Positions 8,715 to 16,884 of a DNA stretch of 21,274 nt are shown here, one piece after another. A program made the position numbers and the translations under genes. The stretch is from Prasinococcaceae sp. CCMP 1430. Lineage: Eukaryota > Plantae > Prasinodermophyta. The stretch covers positions 207,393 through 228,666 of the forward strand of contig RQSC01000005.1 in the NCBI GenBank assembly GCA_013416795.1, in the 5' to 3' direction. Below the pieces are notes generated by a model. That model did no database searches. It was not told the DNA's origin and saw only the letters and a list, made by a program, of their open reading frames with translations. The number at the start of each line of letters is the position of its first letter. The stretch's first letter is position 1.

Positions 8715-9003
8715 ATTGAATGGTGGAGTCGGATGCGTCGTTCGATGGGCGGGCGTACGCGCCACGCACCGCAGCGTCCGGGACGCGTGCGATGCGCCGA
8801 TGCAAAATGGGGGAGGACACCGAAACCCCAACCCACCGCCGACCGACCGACCGACCAGACATGAGCAGTGTGAAGATCAACCAACCGACCAACCATCAAC
8901 AAATGACGAGCGAGCGGAGGGAGGGGGTCAGTGAGTCGGGCGGGGCTGGATCGGCGGCTGGGACCGCGCGCCCACGATTCTGCGCGTGCAAGCACGCACG
9001 CAC

Positions 9004-9172
9004 CCTGCGCTCTGACCGCCGCTCTCGCCGCTCTTCACGCTTGCCATTGCCAATGCAGCCGGACACCACCAGGCAGCGGTACACCTTCGCGCACTGGTAA
9101 AACACGCACAGCAGCAGCAAGCCCGTGGTTATCAGCACCAGAATGGACGTAGGATCGTTGTCTGTCAGTTTC
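9004..9172 (-). CDS. Isolated exon encoding a TM helix plus charged juxtamembrane tail (partial gene, 5' part not seen)
   Basis: It reads KLTDNDPTSILVLITTGLLLLCVFYQCAKVYRCLVVSGCIGNGKREERRERRSERR. It is bounded by a GCTGAT branch and CCCATAG acceptor on one side and an AGG|GTGCGT donor on the other. Most codons end in G/C. Confidence 0.55.
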
Positions 9173-9279
9173 CTATGGGGGCACAGACGTCGTTATGCGA
9201 GCGAGCGCGAGCGCAGAGGTGCATCAGCGTGCTGCGACAAAGCGCGAGCGCGCATGCATGCTCGCGCCATGTCGGCTCN

Positions 9280-9486
9280 CCCTTACCTTCCCCGCCCCCA
9301 CCACCACTACCCGCATCGCCATCGCCGACACCAGAGCCGACCCCCTCACCGACGGCGTCGCCCACTCCATCGCCCACGTCACCACCACCTTCGCCCCCGC
9401 CGCCCCCGCCGCCCCCGCCGCCGCCGCGGGATGGGCGTGCAATGTGCTGGGCGCTCGGGCTGTTCACGCGCCCGCGCCCGCTCTGA
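9280..9486 (+). CDS. Extensin/pherophorin-like Ser-Pro/Thr-Pro-rich segment (partial, begins at the single N)
   Basis: PSPPPPPLPASPSPTPEPTPSPTASPTPSPTSPPPSPPPPPPPPPP with varied Pro codons. No 5' part is visible left of N9279. Confidence 0.5.
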   Translation, partial: PLPSPPPPPLPASPSPTPEPTPSPTASPTPSPTSPPPSPPPPPPPPPPPRDGRAMCWALGLFTRPRPL

Positions 9487-9663
9487 TACGTCTGACCACG
9501 GATCAAACCAGGTCCCGATGAGCAAGGCAAGTCGAGTCCCTGAGTGAAGACCAGGGGTGACACGCGCGACACGGGGGTTGGACCGGTACCGGTACTCGGG
9601 GTAGTCAGGTGGTAGACCGGGGGTGCGGGTCCGCCCGGGTGTTGTGCTGGGTACGCGATTGGC

Positions 9664-9728
9664 AGGGTACTAGGGTGCGCAAGTGAATGAACCCTAATTG
9701 TTTAACCCTTAAAAGTAACCTGAACCCC
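9664..9728. repeat. Cluster of degenerate telomere-like/telo-box motifs upstream of gpmA
   Basis: AGGGT and TAGGGT, then AACCCTAA (9690-9697), AACCCTT, AACC and AACCCC, in an AT-rich island. Confidence 0.4.
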
Positions 9729-9830
9729 GGTGATCAAGGGGAGGGCCGCGAGCACACCGGGCGCGGGCGCGGGCCGTGGTCCGTGGCGCGCGGCGCAGTC
9801 GAGGGGGCTCTGTTTGAGCGGGGACGGAGG

Positions 9831-10910
9831 ATGGCGGGGGTCGCCGCGCGCTGCCGCGCGCTGCGGCAGCCGGAGTGGCGGCGGCAGCTGCAGGCGCAGC
9901 AGCAGCACGGGTACACACAGCGCGCGCAGCGGCGGCGAGGAGCACGAGGAGGCACGCGCCGAGTGCGCGCCACGGCCATCCTCGAAGCGGACCGTCTGAT
10001 CGACACCGAGCTCGGGTGCGTGTCCATCGAGGAGTCCATGCGCAGCGCGGGGCTGGACTTCTACAACGAGAGCGGGCCGGGGCTTGACGGCGTGATCAAG
10101 GAGGGCGGCGGCGACGAGCCGCCGAGCTCGGGCGCACACCTGGTGCTCATGCGCCACGGCGAGTCCATGTGGAACGACCGCAACCTCTTCACGGGATGCG
10201 TGGACGTGCCGCTCTCGAAGAAGGGCGTGCAGGAGGCCATCGCCGCGGGCAAGCGCATCGCCAACGTGCCTGTGGACGTAATATTCACCAGCGCGCTCGC
10301 GAGGTCGCAGGTGACGGCGCAGATCGCCATGACCGAGCACATCTCGTCCAAGGTGCCCGTGGTGCTCTACAGGGGCACCGACGAACGCGCCATCTACTGG
10401 TCGAGGTGCCACTCGGAGGAGACCGCGCGCGACATCATCCCCATCGTGCGCACCTGGCAGCTCAACGAGCGCATGTATGGCCGCCTGCAAGGGTACAACA
10501 AGGCGGAGATGGCGGAGAGCCACGGCGAGGAGAAGGTCTTCGAGTGGCGGCGCAGCTACGAGACCGCCCCGCCTGGCGGCGAGTCGCTCGAGATGACGGG
10601 ACGTCGCGTGCAGGCCTTCTTCCTCAACGAGGTCGAGCCCATGCTCGCCAAGGGGCACAACGTGATGATCAGCGCTCACGCCAACTCGCTGCGCTCGCTG
10701 GTCATGTTTTTGGAGGACTTCGACGCGGAGGAGGTGGTCAAGCTCAAGGTGTCCACGGCGATGCCGCTGCTGTACCGCTTCGAGCGCGGGGCATTGAAGC
10801 GCAGCGGCATGCCGCAGAGCAGCGACGCGCCAGGGGTGTATGCGCTGTCACCGGAGCTCGCGATGTACCGCGACACCTTCGACACGATGAAGCCCGGCTA
10901 CAGCTCGTGA
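9831..10910 (+). CDS. gpmA: 2,3-bisphosphoglycerate-dependent phosphoglycerate mutase, plant plastid type, 359 aa with transit peptide
   Basis: LVLMRHGESMWN..NLFTGCVDVPLS, WQLNERMYGRLQG, WRRSYETAPPGGESLE and SAHANSLRSL. Arg/Ala-rich N-terminal extension from the ATG at 9831. Confidence 0.93.
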   Translation: MAGVAARCRALRQPEWRRQLQAQQQHGYTQRAQRRRGARGGTRRVRATAILEADRLIDTELGCVSIEESMRSAGLDFYNESGPGLDGVIKEGGGDEPPSSGAHLVLMRHGESMWNDRNLFTGCVDVPLSKKGVQEAIAAGKRIANVPVDVIFTSALARSQVTAQIAMTEHISSKVPVVLYRGTDERAIYWSRCHSEETARDIIPIVRTWQLNERMYGRLQGYNKAEMAESHGEEKVFEWRRSYETAPPGGESLEMTGRRVQAFFLNEVEPMLAKGHNVMISAHANSLRSLVMFLEDFDAEEVVKLKVSTAMPLLYRFERGALKRSGMPQSSDAPGVYALSPELAMYRDTFDTMKPGYSS

Positions 10911-11102
10911 GCACAGCACGACGGACCTGCGCTCGACCGCGTGGGGCGCACAGCGCCGCGTCCGCGCTTACTCGCGTGGCGGGCGACTATATTATTTTAA
11001 TGAAGGGCGATGTGTTTCAGACGTGGCGCGCGGGCGTGCCCCGTCGCGCGCGCGCTCGCGCTGCCCGTCGCTGCGCATGCGCTCATTAGTACGAGGCTCT
11101 CA

Positions 11103-11892
11103 TCAGAGACCAGCTGCGTGCGCGCCGCGCTTCTCTCCGACTGCGGCGAGCTGCTCTGGCTCGAACTCGCCGCTCCTGCTCGTGAACCATGGCGTAGCGT
11201 CCGCACCCGCCGCATCCCGTCCCACACTCTCAAGCGCGCCCCCAATTGCCTCCGCGGCACCGTCCTCGCCGAGCGCTGCGAGGAGCCTCGTCACAGCCTC
11301 CTCGACCCCACCGATGCCTGCTGGAACGCGAGAGAGGTCGAGATCGCGGCCTCTCCCGTCGCCATCAGCGGGCGCGTCTGCGCCGCACTTCGCCGATGCG
11401 GCGCCGAGCACACGCACCCACTCGTCATCGTCCTCGCCAGCGAGTGCCAGGAGCGCGTCGAACTCGCCCTCGTAGCTGCGCCCCGATGCCGACGGAGCCG
11501 CCGCGCCAGCCGCACCTGCTGCGCGAACGCCGCGAGGGTGTCAGCGCGGGCATCCCGATCCCGCCGGCGGCGGCGCAGCGCGAGCAGCACCGCTCTGGGT
11601 GGCCGTCCGGAGCCGCCCGGGTGCGTGCAACAACGGGCGCGCCCGGAGCGCGTGGCTCGGCGCTCTCACCTGGCCCCGCGGCCTCGCGCTGCGCTCTTGC
11701 GAGGAGCGCGCGCACAACCGCGGCGCGGCGCACGCGCGGCTCGAGCTGACCCCATGCGCCGCGCAGAGCGGCGGTGCTGTCGGCGCTCACGGCGACGGCG
11801 CCCGCGGCCGGCGCGACGGCGGCCCAAGGATCGCTCAGGCGCTTTGTGAGCGAGTCAGCGACGGTGACGCCTACGCCTGTGCCCGACGCCAT
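11103..11892 (-). CDS. NELF-A N-terminal-domain-like protein, ~212 aa; exons 11892-11670 and 11518-11103 (alternative NAGNAG acceptor 11515)
   Basis: The phase-1 intron (CCAG|GTGAGA donor, GCTGAC branch, GCGCAG|CAG acceptor) joins two listed ORFs. The product aligns by eye, in order, with the human NELF-A N-terminus: SDPWAA..., LRGAWGQLEPRVRRAAVVRAL, EGEFDALLALAGEDDDEWVRVLG, DLDL and VEEAVTRL. Confidence 0.62.
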
Positions 11893-11925
11893 CGCCGCCG
11901 CTGCCTCAACCACACGGCCCGCTCC

Positions 11926-11955
11926 GCCCCGCCCCGCCCCGCCCCGCCCCGCCCC
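11926..11955 (-). repeat. (GGGGC)6 tract, G-quadruplex-forming, upstream of the NELF-A-like ATG
   Basis: (GCCCC)x6 on the + strand. Confidence 0.9.
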
Positions 11956-12079
11956 GCACCACGCCCCGTGCGCGGGCTTTGGCGTCCGGCATTCGCGGTG
12001 CCCGCTTGCGCGCAGCACAGCGCGCGCGCCTCGCGCGCGCGCGCACGACCCACCACACACGCAAGCGCGACCTGCCGCG

Positions 12080-12844
12080 ATGCGAAGCTTGCGAAGGGCG
12101 GCCGCGGCTGCGAGGCTCCTCAGGCGCGCCGCCTGCGAGGTTCAGCGGCCGCGCCGGGCGAGCTTGGCCGGCGTGGCTCGCGGCGCGTCCAAGGGCGGCG
12201 CGTCGTAGGATGAAGCGGATGAAGGCGATTTACCGGAGCAAACGACGGGAGCAGACGCCAGGCGGGGCATGACGGCCGAGGAGCGCGCGGAGCGCCGCGC
12301 TGGCCTGCTGGCGGAGCATGCCGCGCCGCCTGGTGTGCGCGCGCCGCCGGACGCCGACGCGGGTGCGGTGGCGGGGCTCAGGCCAGTCGGCGGGCTCGAG
12401 TGGATGGCCGAGAACGCCATCGCGCAGGCGATCCGGCGCGGCGCGCTGGACGACCTCCCCAACAAGGGCAAGCCGCTGCAGGTGCGACCGGAGGAGAGCG
12501 TTCCGTGGGCGTTCGACCCGACCGAGGCGGCGCTGATGCGCACCATCAAGTCGCAGGGATTCACGCTCGAGAGCATCGCGTGCCGCGACGAGCTCGACAG
12601 GTTGCGGAGCGAGGTCGTCGGGGCGTCGCGCTCAGCGCTTCGCGGCGCGGGGCCGCGCCGCCGCCGCGCGCGTCGCCCCTCCGCGCGCCTGGACGAGCTC
12701 ATCGCCGCCACGCGCGCGCTCAACGCCGCCGTCGCGCGCGAGCAGCTCGCCTCTCGCGCGCTCCACTATCCGGTCGCACAACGTCCACTGCCCACGCTCG
12801 AGGAGCTCCTCGCCGAGGCCGGCGTCGCCAAGGGCGGTCGCTGA
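12080..12844 (+). CDS. DUF1992 (DnaJC28 conserved domain) protein with a mitochondrial-type presequence, interrupted by an in-frame TAG at 12206-12208
   Basis: LEWMAENAIAQAIRRGALDDLPNKGKPL..PWAFDPTEAALMRTIKSQGF is the DUF1992 signature. The ATG-12080 presequence ORF is in the same frame as the ATG-12269 ORF. Confidence 0.75.
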
Positions 12845-13149
12845 GGCGTGCCCGTCGCGCGCCTTCGCGCTTGGGAGGCAGCCGGAAGCGCGCCCGCTCG
12901 GACTGCCTTGCCGCCGGTAGAGGCGAGGCTGTCCACAGCCGCGGGCCTTGCCGCCGGGGGCATCGTCGCCGCGGGCGCCCTTCGCCGGTGCCGCCCGCGT
13001 TGTATGTCAATGTTGTACGTTTCTGTGAATGCATGCGACGACGTCGGAGGCGCGCGCCACAGAGCGCGCACCCGACGGCGCTCGCGCCAGCGTTCGCGCT
13101 GGCTCGCTCTCGGGCCCCGGCGCGCCCGCGCGCGCACACACGCACAGCG

Positions 13150-14826
13150 ATGGGTGAGCCCCCCGTGGCTGGCGTGGGCGGGGTGCTGCGCCTGGCGCTG
13201 CCGCTTTTCCTCGCGCGCGTCGGATGGGCGGCGCTCAAGGCGACGGACAGCGCCGTGCTCGGGCGCGTCTCGACCGACGCGCTGGAGGCGTCGAGCCTGT
13301 CCGACCTGTGGACCATGAGCACAGGCGTGCTCTTGACGAGCAGCGTGCTGGGAACGCTCGCCGCGCAGGCACTCGGCGCAGGCAATGCGCGGCTGGTCGG
13401 CGCGTGGGTGCAGGTGTCGCTCGCCGTACAGGCTGTCCTCATGCTGCCCGTCGCGGCGAGCTGGCTGGCTGCCGGGCAGGGACTGCGTGCGCTCGGCGCG
13501 GATGATGGCGTCGTAGGCATGGCGGGATACTATGCGAGGAGCATGGCAGCGGCGCTTCCGGGGCGCACCGCGCTGCAGCACCTCACGGCATTCCTGTCGG
13601 CGCAACGGATCGTTGCGCCCGCCGCTGGCGCGTCCGCGACCGCCGCCGTCCTCAACGCTGCGCTCGGCATCGGACTCGTCCTCCGCGCAGGCTTGGGTTT
13701 TCCGGCAGCGCCATGGGTGACGGTGGGGGTGGAAAACGCGCAGCTCGCCGCTCTGTGGGCGTACGCCGTGCCCCTGAAGCGCCTCCACGAGAGGTGTTGG
13801 CCGGGGTGGGACTTGCGCAAGCACGTGACGCGTGAGCGCGTGCAGACCTACCTCGCGATCTACTGGCCGGCGGCGCTGTCCATCGCCTCCGACTTCTGGC
13901 GCATGAGCGCCGTGGGTGCTCTGGCGGCGTCCATCGGCGGGCTTGAGCTGGCTGTCTTCAACACGAGCTACAGAGTGCTGTGGATATGCTTGATTTTCAC
14001 AGGCGCGACCGCCGGCGCGACGGGCATCACGCTCGCGAGCGCGCTCGGCGCTGGCGACGTGCACGCCGCGCGCCGCGCAGCGAGAGCAGGCACGCTGGTC
14101 GTCGGCGTGGCCCTCCTGACTCTGTGCGCGGCCATCCTTGTCTTCGCGCGGCCAATCGCGCGCATATTTTCCGAAGACGAGGAGGTGTTGGAGCTCTTCC
14201 ACGAGAGCAGAAAGGCGCTCGCATTGGCGACGTTTTTCATGAACCTGACCGTCTTCCTCGAGACCATGCCGAACGCCTTCGGTCGGACTCGCAACGTCTT
14301 GTGAGTGCGCTCGCCCTCCACCCCACTTTGCCGATCCCTCCCGCGGCGCAGGTTTTGGTGCATCATCGAACGCTCGCCTCTGCCGCGCGCAGCCACGCTT
14401 GGCGCTGCTCGCCGCTGACCCCTGCCTGCGGACCGTACGCACGCCGTGCCCATCGTCCCCATCGCCGCCTCCACCCCGCCCACCAGCTACGCAGGACTCG
14501 TGGGCTCATGGGTCGGACAGGTCCCCCTGTCCTACATCGCCCTCAGATATTGGCGAAAGGACCTCGTGGGGCTCTATTGTGGCGTGGCTGGCGGCTACGC
14601 ACTCGCGTGCGTCGTCTTGGGCGTGGTCATCCTGCGCACCGACCTGGACGAGGTCGCCGACGAGGCGCGCGAGCGCGCCGAGGTGGCGCTGGAGCGTGCC
14701 GCGATGGCGCGCCGCCGAGGCAGCGTCGACGTGCACGTAGGCTCCTCGTCGGAGGACTCTGCGGACGAGGGCGTCGAGAGCGGGCGCGATGATGCCGATG
14801 CCGATGCAGAAACGCCGCTGCTGTAG
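13150..14826 (+). CDS. MATE-family transporter, 496 aa; exons 13150-14300 and 14487-14826
   Basis: VLRLALPLFL, TDSAVLGR, LGTLAAQALGAGN and ITLASALGAGDVHAARRAA. The phase-2 intron (TT|GTGAGT, GCTGAC at 14414, CACCAG|C) gives RNVFYAGLVGSWVGQVP. Acidic tail ending ETPLL*. Confidence 0.92.
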
Positions 14827-15064
14827 GCGACCCGGACAGCTGTACTGTACATTCTGTATCTGTTGCAATTTTCGTGTACAAGCTACGCAGCGCCTGAGTG
14901 GCTCATTGCAGCGGGCGGTCCCATGTGCGCGTAGGCCCCCCACATCCTCTACTACTACGGAGTACCCTTCGTACACGCCGCGCGCCTCTGGCTGAGTTCT
15001 CCCGGTGGCTTTGGGTTGCGGGAGGGTCTTTGGGCGAGAAACGTCGACCGCGGCCGCCCCCTCT

Positions 15065-15074
15065 CCCCCCCCCC

Positions 15075-15110
<36 letters not shown>
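15065..15110. repeat. Poly-C tract (~45 nt, one T)
   Basis: Directly visible; the true length is uncertain. Confidence 0.9.
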
Positions 15111-15254
15111 TGGGCGGGCGACTGGACGACCGCGCTGTGGAGGGAGCTCGACCGCCCCCCCACGTCGAGTCCGTTCACACCGCATGCGCGTCTTTCCTGG
15201 ACCCTCTTTCATACAAACCTCAGATGCGCGCGCGGGTTGAGAGCGCGCGTTTTT

Positions 15255-15334
15255 CGCGCGCGTTTCGGCGGGGCAACCACCGCGCGCCGTCGGGGAACCG
15301 CCGGTTCCCCGTTGCGGCGCCCGAAATGTGCGCG
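15255..15334. other. Nested inverted repeat: 14-bp outer stem and 10-bp inner inverted repeat; overlaps the E2F-type motif TTTCGCGC
   Basis: 15255-15268 pairs with 15321-15334 (2 G-U pairs). CGGGGAACCG (15291-15300) is the exact reverse complement of 15302-15311. Confidence 0.55.
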
Positions 15335-15575
15335 CGCGCGCTGGCGGGGCGGGGCCGCGGCGCGCTCGGCAGTGATGGGCTTTGCGACACAAGGGCTCGC
15401 CAATGACACGCGCTGCGCCACCGCCACGTCCGTAAGCCGCACCAGCTCCGGCGGGCTGGACGAGTGCCCGATGCGGATCGGTCTGAGGTGGCACATGCTG
15501 CTGCGCGAGGTGCCGCAGAGCGAGCGCTCCAGGGTGGATGGATCTATCTCGAATGAGGGCGCCACGTACTCCGAG

Positions 15576-16749
15576 ATGGCGAGNCGGTGCGGGATGGGCG
15601 TGCGGGATGGGGGATGGGGGGGGGGGGGGCAACCAGGAGGCGGCGGCTCTCCGCGCGGCTGCCGAGCCCCGCGCGCCTTGGCGGTGCGCTCCGCCATGCG
15701 CACGGCGCCCATCCTGCCGGTGCTCGACGAGGGTTGCATAGCATCATCCAAAGGCGCTTCCTCCTGGGCGCGCCCCCTCGGGAGCGAGTGCAAACGCTGC
15801 GCTCGGGGCCACGGGGCGTGCGCCTTGCTCGGTCCGCAGAGCGAGCCCGGCGTAGCGCATCCAGTCGTCGCTAGCGCAAGATCTGGCGCGCCTGCTGACG
15901 CGCGGCGCGACCCCTTCCCAACGGCGCTCTTCACTGCGTCCGCGCTGCGTGCTCTTCACCCCCCCTCGCGCTCATCAGGTGAGCTACAGCCATGAGGCGC
16001 TGCTGGTGCTCGAGGGTGCCACGCCTGGCAGCGAGCTGCTATGGAGCACAGAGCCCTCGCTGAACGCGTACTTCAAGGACCAGCTCGCGAGCGTCGAAGT
16101 GCGCGCTGCTGAAATCGACAGCAACGCCGACGGCAAGGTGGACGCGATCGACTTGACGCTGCGCGTGGCCTCGACCGAGCCCGTGATTGGCTTGAAGCTC
16201 GCGGCGGGCTTTCAGTACGGTTTGGAGGACCGCGTGCGCGTGGACATGACGGGCGTCACGTACGTCTCGGCGAGCAGCGCGCGGCCATGCTCGCGTCTGT
16301 CGGTCGACGGCGATCTGGCGTTTCAGCAGCGCGCCCCGCTGGCTGATGATGGCAGCGTCGTGACGCACGCGGAGAGCGCGCTGCAGCTCGAGGCGCCGGG
16401 ATCAGGCACGATGGCGCCGCTCGAGGAGCGCATCAGCTTCGCCTCGTTCCTCGCGAAGTACAATTCGCGCAACGAGACGGCAGCGCTGGCGCAGCGCTCT
16501 TCGGTGTGGGAGAGCGGGACAGGCGCCAGCGGGTGCGAGATCCACTTGCGCGTGCGCGTGCCCCCCGCCCAGGAGGTGTCCTACATCCCTGGCGCGCTGG
16601 AGGTGGTCAAGTTCGCGTGGGTGCAATTCTTGGCCGTCTACATCATCTTCGCCTTCTGCTTGAGGTGGATCGAGTGGGTGGTATTCCACTACAGGATTCT
16701 GCCCACCAGGATCGTCTCGGACGTCGCGGGCATGCGCAAGACGCTCTAG
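15576..16749 (+). CDS. TMEM231: Ciliary transition-zone (MKS) protein TMEM231; main exon 15979-16749, first exon probably ATG 15576-[N]-15586 and mostly missing
   Basis: LLWSTEPSLN, EIDSNADGKVD, LSVDGDLAFQQRAPL, YNSRNET and SYIPGALEVVKFAWVQFLA match TMEM231. GCTGAC branch and ATCAG acceptor at 15978. The 5' end is inferred. Confidence 0.85.
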
Positions 16750-16884
16750 AGACGGCACGCGGGGCGCTGTAGTTGGCATCCGCGCGCGCGGCACCTTGGG
16801 CGACAATGGTAGCGATGCACTAACAAAAAAAACGCCAATCTACAACAGCGCCGGCGGGCATGAGCTTCGCGAGTCCCCGTGCAG

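Noticed and set aside
9165-9572. Gly-rich minus-strand ORF as the real gene
   Set aside because: It has no ATG, and it reads as the usual antisense image of a Pro/Ser/Thr-rich frame. It is kept only as an alternative model.
12206-12208. Genome-wide TAG reassignment
   Set aside because: TAG terminates other genes in the window (1089-1091, 14824-14826, 16747-16749, 16885-16887).
12905-12957. 13-bp direct repeat GCCTTGCCGCCGG (12905 and 12945) as a target-site duplication
   Set aside because: Only 27 nt lie between the copies, there are no terminal repeats, and such matches are expected in GC-rich DNA.
14830-15060. Additional gene between MATE and TMEM231
   Set aside because: The open frames on both strands lack a credible start, compatible splice sites or any family motif. 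It is more likely UTR or intergenic sequence.
16117-16146. DSNADGKVD in TMEM231 as a second dockerin
   Set aside because: It is a single loop that is a conserved part of TMEM231 (DRNQDGKTD in human, as I recall), not a duplicated module.
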